64,000 nt of DNA. Source: Rebecca billardiae RCC1528. Taxonomy: Eukaryota; Protista; Haptophyta. The translations under genes were made by a program, and so were the position numbers. Below the pieces are notes generated by a model. The model had not been told where the DNA came from, did no database searches, and saw nothing but the letters and a program-made list of their open reading frames with translations. This document shows, one piece after another, positions 1-12,366 of the stretch. The number at the start of each line of letters is the position of its first letter. The stretch's first letter is position 1. The DNA is taken from contig OZ251239.1 in assembly GCA_965240325.2 (NCBI GenBank), positions 868,001-932,000 of the forward strand, written 5' to 3'.

Positions 1-1347
1 CACGCCGCGCGCGGCCGGCATCGCGCCGCGCGCGCCTCCGGCCGCGCCGGCGCTGCGGCCGACTGTGCTGCACGACGGCGCGACGGCCGTCGGCGGCGCG
101 CGCCCGGGCAGCGCGTCGATCGCCGGGGCGTGCGACAAGCGGTCCGTGCTGCCCAGCGCCGGCTCCGCGCCGGCCGCGGCCGCGGCCGCGCGCTCGGCCG
201 GCCGCGCACCCGGCGGCGGCGCGCTCGCGCGCGCCGACTCGGCGGCGGTCGGCGCGGGCGCGGACGAGAGGCGGAACGGCGGCGAGGCGAAGGAGGCGCG
301 CTGCGAGGCGAGCCCGTACGCCAGCTGCGCGAGCTCCTGCAGCTGCGCGTCGAACCGGTCCTCGTGCTGCGAGAAGAAGGGCAGCTCGCGCAGCGCGCCC
401 ACGGTCGGCCTGCGCGCGGGCTCCTTGTCGAGCAGCAGCTGCACGAGCTCGCGGAGCTCGTCCGAGTAGCCCTCGGGCAGCGCGGGCACCTGCGCGCGCA
501 TGATGCACATCGCGAGCGCGGGGAGCGACTCCGCCTCGAACGGCTTCTTCAGCGCCGCCATCTCGAAGAGCAGCACGCCGAGCGACCACACGTCGGTGGG
601 CAGCCCGTACGGCTTCGCCTCCACAATCTCGGGGCTCAGGTAGTACGGCGTGCCGATGCACGTGGAGGCGAAGCCGGCGGAGCCGCCGCTGGTCTCCTCG
701 AGCACCTTCGCGATGCCAAAGTCGCACACCTTGATCAGCCCGCGCGTCGTGAGCAGCACGTTCGCCGCCTTGAGGTCGCGGTGCACGATGTGCCGCTCGT
801 GGATGTAGTGCACCGCGCGCACGATCTGGATGAACCAGTCCATCACCACGTCCTCGTCCAGGGGGCTCTGCTGCTCGGCGCGCGCGCGGATCGCGTCGGC
901 GAGCGAGCCGCCGTCCGCGTACTCCATCAGGATGTGCAGGCTGCCCATGTGGTGCCAGCTCCCGTAGTAGCGCGTCACGTTGGCGTGGTCGAGCTGCGCG
1001 AGCACCGTCACCTCCTTCATCACCGGGCCTGCGCGCGCGCGGGGCAGGCGCGAGGGGCGCCGGCCGGGGCGCGAAGGATGAGCGAGACGCTGCGCGCGCG
1101 CGCCGCGCGCAGCCCGCGCCCCGCGGCGCGCCCCGCGCGTGCCTGCGTCTCGCATCGAGTTCATCGGGATGATCTTGAGCACGCACTTGTGCCTGCGAGT
1201 CCGGTGCTCAACGAGCATCACGCGGCCCGACGCGCCGGAGCCGATGAGCCTGATCGTCTTGTACTGCGCCTCGAATGTCTCCGCGTCGTCGATCTGCTCG
1301 ACGGGCTCGAGCATCGAAATGCTGCCGCTGCGCCGAGGCAGCGCCAT
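1..1347 (-). CDS. NIMA-related (NEK-like) Ser/Thr kinase; 3' end runs off the window; intron 1029-1142 (GC-AG)
   Basis: Manual translation gives MALPRR...IGSGASGRV..VLKIIP | GPVMKEVTVLAQLDHANV..LHILMEYADGGSL, HRDLKAANVL, DFG and GTPYYLSPE. The frame is restored by a GC donor at 1142 and AG at 1030-1029. Confidence 0.9.
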   Translation of the reverse strand, partial: MALPRRSGSISMLEPVEQIDDAETFEAQYKTIRLIGSGASGRVMLVEHRTRRHKCVLKIIPMNSMRDAGTRGARRGARAARGARAQRLAHPSRPGRRPSRLPRARAGPVMKEVTVLAQLDHANVTRYYGSWHHMGSLHILMEYADGGSLADAIRARAEQQSPLDEDVVMDWFIQIVRAVHYIHERHIVHRDLKAANVLLTTRGLIKVCDFGIAKVLEETSGGSAGFASTCIGTPYYLSPEIVEAKPYGLPTDVWSLGVLLFEMAALKKPFEAESLPALAMCIMRAQVPALPEGYSDELRELVQLLLDKEPARRPTVGALRELPFFSQHEDRFDAQLQELAQLAYGLASQRASFASPPFRLSSAPAPTAAESARASAPPPGARPAERAAAAAAGAEPALGSTDRLSHAPAIDALPGRAPPTAVAPSCSTVGRSAGAAGGARGAMPAARGV

Positions 1348-1517
1348 CTTGCTGGCGCGGAGGGGTTTTGAACCCCGCCGTCCCGCGCGCAAGCATGTAC
1401 CGTTTCATCACGCGTGGCCGGGGGCCTCCGGACGCGTCGCGGAATGATCGACGGCGACGAACCAGAAACGAGAAGGGAGAAAATCATGCTGCAGTACCGC
1501 CGAGCGCGGGCATCACG

Positions 1518-1671
1518 ATGGCGGACGAGATCGGCGACCTCGGACCAGTGCGCCTCGAGGCGGGCGGCGGGCGCACGTCATTCGTCAGCCTGCCGGCGTG
1601 GCTGGCCGCGCCGCTACTGCAGCAGAGCGCGGTGGCTTCGCTCGTCCTCCGCCTCGACCTCGCCCCGCCGC

Positions 1672-1705
<34 letters not shown>

Positions 1706-4700
1706 GGCGGCGGGCGGCGACGCGCCGTCGGCGCGCGGGCACGTGTACGTGGCGTGGATGGGCGACGTGAGCGAGGGCGTCTCGATCACGGTGCCGCTGC
1801 ACCTCGCCGAGTCGCTCGGCCTCGCCCTGCCCGTCGCCGACGCGTCCGTGCGCGTCGCGCACCTGCCCGCCGCCGCGGTGGTGCGCGTGGAGCCGTGCAG
1901 CGCGGACGACTGGGAGGTGCTGCACGCGCAGCCCGCGTACGTGGAGGCGGAGCTGCTCAACCAGCTGTGCGTCGTGCAGGCGGGGATGGACGTCTCCGTC
2001 TGCCTCCACCACCACCTCGTCGTGCGCCTGCGCGTCACCGCGTGCGAGCCGGCCGAGTCGGCGCCGGCCGCGGCCGCGCTGACGGCCGCGGCCGCGCCGC
2101 GCGCGCCGCCCGCGCCGGCGCGGCTCGCGCCCGGCACGGAGGTGATCGTCGCGCCGAGGCCGCGGGCGCTCGCGCCGCCGGCCGCCGCCGCCAGCCCGCC
2201 GCGCCGCGCCGCGCGCCCGCGCCCCGCCTGGCTGCGCCTCGCCCCGCCCCCGCCGTGCGCCCCCCCGCTGCTCGACCCGTGCGAGGGCGCGCTCACGGCG
2301 CGCACGCTGGCCGCGCTGCGGCGGGCGGCGCGCGGGGCGGGCGGGGGCGGGGGCGGGGGCGGGGGCGGCGAGGGCGGGGGCGGCGAGGCCGGGCTCGGCG
2401 TGGTGTACGCGGAGGTGCACGGCGCGCTGCTGGACGAGCGCGAGCCACCCGACGCCGACGCGTCCGGCGGCGCGCGCGCGCGGCGGCGCGCGTGGTGCGT
2501 TGTCGCGCTGCGGCCGCTGCGCGCGCCGCCCGCCGCCGCCTCGGCCGCGCGCTCCTGGCAGGCGCTGCCCGACGGGCACATCGCGCTCGGGCCCGCCGCG
2601 CGCTGCGCGCTCGGGCGGGAGAGCGGCGCGCGCGTGCGCGTGCTCCTGTGCACGCCGCCGCCCGCGCCGGCCGCGTGCGCCAGCGCGCTCGACGCCGCGG
2701 GCGCGGGCGCGGCCGTGCCGTCGCTTGAGCTGCGCGCGCTGCGCACGTGCGGCGCGGGCGCGGGCGCGGGCGCGGCGGGCGAGGAGGAGCTGGCGGAGCA
2801 GCTGCGCGCGGGCGTGGGCGACTGCGTGCTCGAGGCGCGGCTGCGCGGGCTGCCGCTCGTCCCCCTCGCCGACGGCGCCGTGCTTCCGCTCGAGCTGAGC
2901 GCCGGGCGCGCCGCGCTCGCGTGCGTGCGCGTGCGCGCGCGCGCGCCCGCGCGCGCGGAGGGCGCGCGCGCGCGCGCGGCGGAGGGCGCGGCGGAGGGCG
3001 AGGCCGGCGGCGTGGGCGGCGCGCGCGCCGATGCAGCACGCGGCCCCTGCCTCTGGCTCGCGGGATGGCCGCCCTTCGTCGCCGCGCCGCCCAGCGCAGA
3101 GCTCGCCGGCGGCGCGGCCGCGCCTGCGTGTGCCCTGGGCGCCTCAGCCGAGCACCGCTCTCGCGGCGCGCGCGCGCTCAGCGCCGCGGCGGCGGCGGCA
3201 GCGCGCGCGCTCACGCCACCCGGCCGAGGGCGCGAGGGCCCGGCGGCGCAAGCGACGCCCGCCTCCGCGCCGCCGCGCGTGCCGCCTTGCCGCGCGCCCG
3301 CCGCCGTGAGCGTGCGCGTGGCGGCGGCGGCGCCGGCCGCGGCGCGCGCGCGCGGCGCCGACGCGCCGCCCGCCGCGCCGCCCGCCGCGCCGCCCGCTTC
3401 GATCGAGCAGCTCGCCCTCGCGCTCAACAGCGCGCGCGCGGCGCGGCACGCGCGCGCGCTGGCCACGCCGGCGCTGCCGCCGCCGCCGCCGCCGCGCGCG
3501 CTGCCGCTCGCGCACCCGCCGTGCGCCGTGGGCGCGGGCGCGCTCGACGCGCACGCCGCGCTCGCGGCCGCGGCCGCGGCCGGCGGCGGCGCGGGCCGCG
3601 CCGACGACGGCGCGGACGCGCGCGCGCTGCGCGCGCTGTGCGCGACGTACGGCTCGGCGCTGCGCGCGGCGCTCGCGCACGTGCGCGCCGCGCTCGACCC
3701 GCGCGGCGCGAGCGCGTGCGCCGCCGCGGGCGCCCTCCTCCTCGCCGGCGGCGCCGGCAGCGGCCGCTCTCGGCTGTGCGGCGCCGCCGCGTGCCTCGGC
3801 GCGGCCGGTGCGCCGGGGTGCGCGTGGGTGGAGGTGGTGCCGTGCGCGGCGCTGGCGGAGATGGCGCGCGGCGCGGCGCTGGGCGCGCTGCGCGCCGCGC
3901 TGCGCCGCGCGAGCGCGCGCGCGCCCAGCGTGCTCGTGCTCGACGACCTGCACCGGCTCGCGCCCTCGGCGGACGCGGCGGCCGCGGCTGCGGGCGAGGG
4001 CGCGGCCGCGCCACCCGCTGAGGGCGCGCGCAGCACACAGGCGGCCGAGCTGCTGGCCGACTGGCTGCGCGGCGCGGGCGGCGGCGCGGGCGGCGTGGTG
4101 CTCGGCGCGCACGCGGAGGGGTGCGCCGGCGGCGCGCCCGCCCACCTGCCGCCCCCGCCCGCCGGCGCGTCGTCCGCCGAGCGCGCGACGGGCCCGGTCT
4201 GCAGCCTGGGCGCGCGCGCGCCGCGCATCGCCGTGCTGTGCGCGTGCGCGCCCGACAGCGGCGCGCTGCAGCCTGCGCTGCGCGCGCACGGCTGCGTGGC
4301 GCGCGTGCTCGAGCTGCGCGCGCCGGGCGAGCAGCGGCGCGCGGCGCTGCTCCGCGCGCGCGTGGCCGAGCTGCTCGGCACCACCGCCGGCACCGCGGCC
4401 CCTCGAGCGCCCGACGCCCACGCCCACGCCGACGCCGACGCCGACTTGGAGAGCGACGATGCGGCCGCGGTGGCGCGCGCACTCGAGCACGCGGGCGCGA
4501 GCGCGGGCGCGCTGGTGCGGCTCGCAGAGCGCGCGGTGGCGGCCGCGCTCAAGCGGCACGCGTGGGCGGGCGCGGGTGGCGCGGCCGAGCGCCCGCCGCT
4601 CCGCGTCGAGCGCGCCGACTGGGAGGCGGCGTGCGCCGCGCTCGGCGAGGACGGCGGCGGCGGCGGCGGCGCGGGCCGCACGCGCCGCGCGCCGCCCGTG

Positions 4701-5780
4701 CCGCGCTGGCGCGGGCGCGGCGGCGCGTGCGCGGCGGCGGCGGCGGCGGCGGCGGTGGAGGAGGAGGAGGAGGAGGAGCCGGCGTGGGCGGAGGTGGGCG
4801 GGCTCGAGGGCGCGGTGCGCGCGCTGCGCGACGCGGTCGAGCTCCCCGCGCGCCACCCCGCGCTGTACGCCCGGCTGCCGCTGCGCGCGCGCTCGGGCGC
4901 TCTACTGTACGGCCCGCCCGGCTGCGGCAAGACACACCTGGTGCGCGCACTCGCGCGCGCGACCGGTCTGGCGCTGGTGGCGGTGAGCGGGCCCGAGCTG
5001 CTCGACAAGTACATCGGCGCGTCGGAGGCGAACGTGCGCGCGCTGTTCGCGCGCGCGCGCGCCGCGCGCCCCGCCATCGCCTTCCTCGACGAGCTCGACG
5101 CGCTCGCCCCGCGCCGCGGCTCTGACAGCACGGGCGTGACGGACCGGGTGGTCAACCAGCTGCTGTGCGCGCTCGATGGGGTGGAGCCGCTGGCGGGCGT
5201 GGCGGTGCTGGGCGCGAGCGCGAGGCCCGACCTCGTCGACCCGGCGCTGCTCCGCCCGGGCCGGCTCGACCGCCGCGTGCTCTGCCCCATGCCCGACGAG
5301 CGCGCGCGCGCCGCGATCCTGCGGCGCGCGCTGCGAGGCCTGCCGCTCGGACCGGACGTCGACGTGGGCGCGGCCGCGGCCGCGGCCGCCGGGCTGAGCG
5401 GCGCGGACATGGAGGCGGTCGCGGCCGCGGCGGCGCTCGAGCTCGCGCGCGCGGCGCGCAAGGGCGGGGAGGCCGAGGCGGAGCCGGACGCGGCGCGCGC
5501 GGCGCCGAGCGGCGGCGCCTCGGCCCGGCGGGCGCGGCCGGCGCTGCCGTGGCCGCCGGCGCCGTGGCACGCGCAGCACCCGCCGCACCCGCCTGCGCCG
5601 GGCGCCACAGCCGACGCGCCGGCGGCGCGGCCCACGGCGCGCGCCGACGCGGACGGTGCGCCCGTGCGTGGTCTCGCGCTCTCGCAGGCGGACCTCCTCG
5701 CCGCCGTGCGCGCGACGCCGCCCTCCGTGCCGCCTGCCGAGCTCGCCTTCTACGAGAGCGTGTACAGGGCGCTCGGCTGA
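1518..5780 (+). CDS. PEX1: Peroxisomal AAA ATPase PEX1
   Basis: N-terminal PEX1 motifs (SFVSLP, VEPCSADDWEVL..AYVEAELLNQ). D1 Walker A is degenerate (GGAGSGRS). D2 is intact: GPPGCGKT, GPELLDKYIGASE, DELDALAPRRGSDSTGVTDRVVNQLL. Confidence 0.92.
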
Positions 5781-6125
5781 CTGAGTCTGAGTGATGCTGC
5801 TGCGCGAGGCGGCGAGCTGCTTGATGACGATGCGCGCATTGATGCGCTGCTGATGAGTGTTGTCTGATGATGATAGACGTTCGATGACGAATAATCTGCA
5901 GCTTATTTCACGCACGACGCGACGATATGCATGTTATAGCAGTAATATATGGGAGTACGTATAGAAATCACGGCGGCGGCCAAGGCGGTCGCGCCTCGCG
6001 GGCGCACGGTCTTGTGAACGGTCTTACGGTCACGGCGGCGGGTAACCAGTATATATATATACCGCATAGCGCACACCGAGTAGTTATTGGCAGGTGCGCG
6101 CACGCGGCACGCGCCAAGGCAGCCG

Positions 6126-6890
6126 TCAGTGGATGCCCGCCTCGCGGCACCAGATCGTGGCGCCGCGCACCACCGAGGTGATCACGCTCTGAGGGATCAG
6201 CACGAGCCGAGGGCCGCGCTCTCGCAGGCTGAGCTCGCCATCGTCGCCCGCGCCCTCGCCCTCGGCGTGCAGGTCGTACGCGCGCACCCAGATCTGCTCG
6301 TCCACGTGGCAGAAGCTGATGACGCTGCTGAATCGCCCGCCCGCGCCCGGCTGCCCGCCCGGCCCCGCGAACAGCCCGCGCAGCAGCTCCTTGATCAGCC
6401 TGAGGTGCGGCGCCCCCTCGAACGAGCCGTCAAAGCTCAGCAGGCACGGCTGGCGCACGCGGCGCACGGTGTACTGGAAGTTGAGCTCCGCGACGGTGTG
6501 CAAGTTGACGACGTGGAAGCGCGCGGACGGGCCGTCGGGCACGCGCGCCAGCCACAGCGTCATCTCGTCCTCGAAGGGCGCGCGCAAGAAGACGGCGGCC
6601 ATCCCGTTGTCGCGCGCGTAGCACGCGTCCTGCACGCTGTCCAGCGTGGCGCGCGCGTCGATCTTCGCGCCGAGCTGCGCGTTGGGGAGCACGCGCGCGA
6701 AGTCGCGCACCAGGTGGCGCTGCCGTGGCGTGGCGCCCTTCTGCAGGTGCACTCGAAGCTGCTCATCGTCGCGCGCGGCCGTGCGAGCGCGCTCGTGCCT
6801 CGAGCCGCCACCCTGCGCGCCCGCCTCGCCGAGCACGCCCTTGCGCTGCGCGATGGCGCGTGAGCTGAGACCACGCTTGCCTTTGGGCAT
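6126..6890 (-). CDS. Brix-domain ribosome biogenesis protein (BRX1-like)
   Basis: RHLVRDF..LP, LWLARVPDGPSARFHVVNLHTVAEL, PHLRLIKELL, IWVRAY and LRERGPRLVL match the Brix domain pattern. Confidence 0.85.
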   Translation of the reverse strand: MPKGKRGLSSRAIAQRKGVLGEAGAQGGGSRHERARTAARDDEQLRVHLQKGATPRQRHLVRDFARVLPNAQLGAKIDARATLDSVQDACYARDNGMAAVFLRAPFEDEMTLWLARVPDGPSARFHVVNLHTVAELNFQYTVRRVRQPCLLSFDGSFEGAPHLRLIKELLRGLFAGPGGQPGAGGRFSSVISFCHVDEQIWVRAYDLHAEGEGAGDDGELSLRERGPRLVLIPQSVITSVVRGATIWCREAGIH

Positions 6891-7108
6891 CTAGCCCGGC
6901 ACGCGACGAGGAGGCAGGCCGTCTGCGCAGTCGCCGGCGACGACACGCACCCTCGCGCGAATCGTGCGCGACCGCGGGCGGCCGTGGTCTCGTGCTCACC
7001 GCCACTGGTCAAGTCCGGTGCCCTCGGTGGCACTGCTGGCATGGGCGGCCCGGCCCGGCGAGTCGGACGGGCGTACGTACTTTCGAGCTTTCCGCCAAGG
7101 CGCCAACG

Positions 7109-7450
7109 ATGGCTCCGCGGAACAGGCTGCTCACGGCATGCGCTGCGAGCTTTGCCATCGGCGCCGGCATCGAGCTCTTCATGATCCACACGGGTTTCTG
7201 TACGTACGGCCGCGTGGTACACGCGACGTGTGCTCCTGCAACGCGGGCGAGCGCTGGGGCCGCGACTGCGTCACTTGCCACGCGCACTGACGCTCAAGCT
7301 TCGCCCCACCTCGTCATGCCGTGCGCGCCCCTGCTATCAGACAATATCGTCACTGAGAAAGAGGCGCAGCGGTACGTCGAGCGTGTCGAACAGCACCGTG
7401 AGCTGCTTAAGCGCGCACAAGCTCGACCCGAGCCCTCATCGCCGAGGTGA
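7109..7450 (+). CDS. Small single-TM protein, SMIM4/UQCC5 (UPF0640)-like; intron 7200-7340
   Basis: Spliced product MAPRNRLLTACAASFAIGAGIELFMIHTGFYNIVTEKEAQR...; the GT..AG intron recreates the GFY motif. Confidence 0.7.
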   Translation: MAPRNRLLTACAASFAIGAGIELFMIHTGFCTYGRVVHATCAPATRASAGAATASLATRTDAQASPHLVMPCAPLLSDNIVTEKEAQRYVERVEQHRELLKRAQARPEPSSPR

Positions 7451-7773
7451 GGTGCGGTCTGGTGCCACCACGCTCTTTCGTGCAGCGTCAGTCGCTCACA
7501 GCAGCAGTCAGCGCAGGGTGCCCGGAGCACTGCACGCTGCGCTCAGCGCGCCGCCTTGTCAAATGGCGGAGAATGACAGGCCAATGATGCTGGTCATTTA
7601 AGGCGCTGGTCAACGCCAATGGTATATTGGTAATAATATAGCACGCTCAGTCAGACTATACTCAGTAGCTATGATTATAGGTCGTATTTATTAGGCGGCG
7701 TATATAAAGTAAATGAAGTAATCGCCGACATCTTGTAAATTCCCCTTCTTAGAGTATAACGGGCCGCTCCGGA

Positions 7774-7915
7774 GTCCGGGTGATCAGACTGGCGGCCGAA
7801 GCCTCCAGCCCTACTCCCTGGCCAGCCCGCCCCGAACCAACCGCATTACCACCACCCTCACCGACACTAGTGTGAGTCCCAACCTCACTAGTCACTAACC
7901 ACTGACCGAGACACC
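7774..7915 (+). repeat. Dispersed repeat R4 (second copy 49031-49137)
   Basis: Both copies share GTCCGGGTGATC..GACT..GGCGGCCGAAGCCTCCAGCCCTAC..CCTGGCCAGCC..CCACCACCCTCACC..AACCACTGACCGAGACACC. Confidence 0.8.
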
Positions 7916-8961
7916 TAGCGCCTTGACACCACTCCAGGCTGTGGACAGCCCGCCTCCAGTGAGGGGGCGGAGGGGTATGCCGTCACTGCCAACATGAACA
8001 GTGTCTCATACAAGCCCAACACTGTGGGGTGGTCCCAGGTACAAGCAGTGCACTGCCTTGCAATTCGAGATCATCGAGTGTGCCAGCCGAGTCGGCAGAC
8101 GGGGCACCCCCTACTCAGCCAGGGTGCCCCATTAGTTAGTGGCAGTGTGGGCAGTAAGGGCCAGCCACTACTAGCCGATCCCTGTGCGGGGAAGGGGACG
8201 GAGGGGACTGTCAGCGAGCCCAGTAGCTGGGCAGGGGTCTGGGCCACTGGCCCTGGCTGTGAGGCGCCTGTATTTCACTCGTGCGGCTATGGAGGCTGAA
8301 GAGGGGGTCGGGCATCAGACATGTCAATGTGTGCGACATCGGGTGATCAAGTCAGGGCGTGGGCCGCTGTAGGACGCAAGCAGAGTGGTGGCGATGGCTA
8401 ATACGCCTGGGGAGGTGTCGTTTGCGCGCCTCTTCCTGCTGCTCTTTGCAGGGGGTAGCGTGCTCCGCTGCGCACTAGGCTGAGCCTGCCTGCCCGTCAG
8501 AGTTCGGGTGGCTACTGGATAGTAGGCACTAATTTGCCTGGCCGGCTGGCGGGGCCGGGGTGGGCAGTGTCGTTTGGGCGGGGGGCTGTCTCAGTGCTGA
8601 GCTTGACTCGGAGGAGGCAGCCTGCGCCTGGGGGCTGCCAGTGGCCTGGCAGAGCCAGCAGGTGGCTGTGTGGCCTGCTGTCCAGTGTCTGACTGTGCAA
8701 GGCCGTTGTGAGCTCCGTTACCACTACCAGTACCAGTGTGACTGCCAGCAGCCGGGTCTGCCTCAATCTCAGGATCATTCTGTGATCGGGCATCTGTGAT
8801 CTGTCGTCGTCATCGTCAGGGCCGCAGGACGGCCCCGGACTCCTCATCCTCAGTGCGCGGCGCCGCTTCCCTCGACCGCGTCTTGGGCAGGTGGGTGCTC
8901 CCGCCCCGCCTTCCATGCTGGAGTGAGCGAAAGCGTCCCTGCCCGAGCACGACCGTCGGCG

Positions 8962-11525
8962 ATGCAGGCGGTGTGCCTGGACCAGTGCTCGCTGCGGCCC
9001 GAGTGCGTCGACGAGTGCGCCTACGCCGATGGCGGCAAGCCCGTCGGCGCGTACGTCTGGTCGATCGCCGCGACGCTCGTGCTGCTCTGCCTCTCGGGCT
9101 TCTTCTCGGGGCTCACGCTCGGGCTGATGAGCCTGGACATCACGGGGCTCGAGCTGATCATCGCGTGCGGCGAGGCGGACCAGCAGCGCTGGGCGAAGCG
9201 CATCCTGCCGCTCCGCCGCCGCGGCAACCTGCTGCTGTGCACGCTGCTGCTCGGCAACACGGCGGTGAACTCGTTCATCGCGATCGTCACCGCCGACCTC
9301 ACGGCGGGCGTGATCGGCGCGGTGCTCTCCACGGCGTTCATCCTGATCTTCGGCGAGATCATCCCCCAGTCCGTCTGCTCCAAGTACGGCCTGTACATCG
9401 GCGCGCTCTCCGTGCCCATCGTGCGCGTGTTTGTGGTGGCGTTCTACCCGCTCGCGTGGCCGATCTCGCTGCTGCTCGACCACGCGCTCGGGCGCGAGCT
9501 GCGCACGATCTACAACCGGAAGGAGCTGGACAAGCTGCTGTCGATCGCGGTCGAGGACCCGCACGGCGACCTGCGCGAGGAGGAGCGCTCGCTCATGACC
9601 GCCGCGCTCGAGTTTGGCGAGAAGCAGGCGCACATGATCATGACCAAGCTCGACCACACGTTCTGCATCGAGGTCTCGTCGAAGCTCTCGTTCGACGCGC
9701 TGCTGCGCTGCTACAAGTCGGGCTTCACGCGGATCCCGGTGTTCCGCCGCGACCCCTCCGCCGTCGTCGGGCTGCTCTTCGCCAAGGACCTCATCCTCGT
9801 CGACCCGGACGACGAGCTGCCCGTGGGCGCGATGCTCTCGTTCTGCGGCCGCTCCGTGCACGTCGTGCGGCACGACACCACGCTGGACAAGCTGCTCACC
9901 GCGGCGCAGACGCAGCGCTCGCACCTCTTCTTCGTGGTGAACTCGCCGGACGCGCCCTCCGTCCCCGCCAAGCGCAACCCGCCCATCTCCGACGTGATCG
10001 GCATCGTCACGCTCGAGGACGTGCTGGAGGAGCTGATCAACGCCGAGATTGTGGACGAGACCGACACCATCCGCGACAACCACTCGCGCGCGACGGTGAG
10101 CCACAACCAGACGCAGCGCACGCAGCGCATGGAGTTCTTCTACTCGATCCAGGTGCGCGCGCGCGCGTGCGCGCGCGCCTCTCGCAGCGCCCGCGCCGAC
10201 GGTCACCACCTCACGCCTGGTGCCGCGCGCCGCGCGCCGTGCGCGCCCCGTGCGCGCGTCGCAGGCCAAGCGCCACCCGAGGCGCCACATCTCGGAGGAG
10301 GAGCTGCGCGCCGTGACGACGTTCCTCATCGCCAACGCCGAGCCCTTCTCGCGCGCGCAAGTCACGTACAAGGTGCGCCGCCCCGCGCACCGGCGCGCGC
10401 AGCACGCCACACACACACACACACACACCCCGCGCGCGCGCGCGCCCGGCTGACTGTGTGCGCCGCGGCCCCGGTCCTGGCGGTGTGGCGGCGTGGCGCG
10501 TGCGTGCGCAGAGCATACGCAAGCTGCTCAACCGCTGCCCCGTGCACACGGTGGAGGCGTCCACGGTGCAGCGCGGCGACTCGCGCGTGCCGCTCGCCGA
10601 GCCGCTCTACGAGAACGGCATGCCCGCCCACCGCTGCACGCTCGTCCTCTCGGGCACGCTGCGCATCACGGCGGGCGCGGACGAGATCGAATCTGAGGCG
10701 GGGCCGTGGTCCATGCTCGCGCTGCAGGCGCTCACCTCGAACGACTACGTGCCCGACTACCGCGCGGAGGTGATCTCGGACGCGCGGCTGCTGTACATCT
10801 CGCGCGACGAGTTCCGCACGATGCTCCTCTCCTCGACGGGCGGCTCGAGCGCCTCGTTCAAGGCGGGCGACAGCTCGCGCGGCGCGGTGCTCGCCGCGGC
10901 CGCGGGTGCGCACCTCGGCGGCCCTGTGGGCGGCCAGATGGCGACGCTCGTGCACAGCGACAGCCCGCCGCGATCGCCCAAGGGCGTGGCCCACGGGATC
11001 GACTGGGACGCCTCGGCGCAGCGCAGCACCGGCGCGGCCGGCGTGTGCGAGTCCGCCGCGCTCGCGTGGTGCGGCCGGCGCACCTCCGTCCCGAGCGGCC
11101 ACATCAACCCGAGCCACTCGTTCAACGACGACGCGGCGATCGACTCGGGGCAGCACGCGGCCGCCCCGCCGTTTGTGCGCTCGCGCTCGCACCCCGAGGT
11201 GCAGGACAGCGGCGACTACGACAACAACACGTTCACCGGCCAGCTGCCTCTCTACGCCATGCTCGCCGAGATGGAGACGGGCGCCGTCCCCGCCGGGCCG
11301 GCGCTCGCCACGCAGCGCAGCGGCGACGGGCTCGGCCCGCGCGAGGCGCTCGCGCGCTCCCGCTCGGGCTCCGCCTCCGCCGCAGGCCTGCAGCTGAGAG
11401 CCGACGCGGCGGCGCACGAGAAGCAGGCCTGGCAGCAGGCGGTCAGCGACGCGGCCGCGGCCAGTGCAGACGACGAGCACGCGCAGCCTCCCGCGACGAC
11501 CGACACCGTGCCGCGCCCGCCATGA
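8962..11525 (+). CDS. CNNM/DUF21-CBS metal (Mg2+) transporter with cNMP-binding-like domain; introns 10153-10264 and 10373-10511
   Basis: LSGFFSGLTLGLMSLD, GNLLLCTLLLGN, FGEIIPQ, GFTRIPV and GIVTLEDVLEELI; GT-AG introns join the frames. Confidence 0.92.
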
Positions 11526-12366
11526 TCGCGGCCCCGATGCCGGGCCGCGTGCATGTGATTGATTGACACGTGACGAGGGCGGCGCCGCGTCCGTGAGTGA
11601 GCGAGGGCTCAAGGCGCACGGCCGTGCGCAGCAGGCACGCCCCGGGCGACGACGCTGACTCCTCCCGGTAAGCCCCTTACGGCTCGTTGATGCGGCTGGC
11701 ACCCGCCTCAGCCTACCGGCCCGCGCGCGCGGCCCGTTGCCAGTGCCAGTGCTTTCCGGATCCGGGCAGCTGACGCTGTGCCTTCCAGTGCCTGCACTGC
11801 TTCATCTGCGACTGCATGCCGCCGGCGGCATCGTCGCATGATGCGCGCACATGCAGCGCATGCCGACGATGATGATTATTACGCTGTGCGATATATATAT
11901 ATATCACATATATATATGATATATATATATATATATTACGTCACGGCATATATATATATATATATACAGCAGTATACTAATACGCGCGTACGACGGCGTA
12001 CGTCGACAGTCGTCGTACGTCGCGTACGAGCCCCGCGTACGTTCTGCCCGGATGCGGACCTCGACCTTCACTGACCTGACGGGCTGACGGACCTCGTGCC
12101 GTGAGTGTGACGACGACGATATATATGTGCATCATGATGATGATGACTGCGCTTATTGATGCTCACAAGTCGTCTGTCCGAAGCCTGTCGAGTGTCGTCG
12201 CCGAGCCCGAGTGGCGAGTCGTGGACGTGTCACGTGATGCCTCGGCTGGCTGCTGACAGCTGATGAGACGAGCCCGTGACGGGCTGACGGCGCCGCTGCA
12301 GCGCAGACGACGCCTGCGGCGCCCGTTGCCGTTGCCATGGGCGGCGCGCGCGGCGACTCTCACTCT

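Noticed and set aside
1484-5635. Very long antisense or alternate-frame ORFs (also 12337-14892, 39058-43416, 46971-48707)
   Set aside because: These are shadow ORFs caused by extreme GC content opposite genes with clear motifs.
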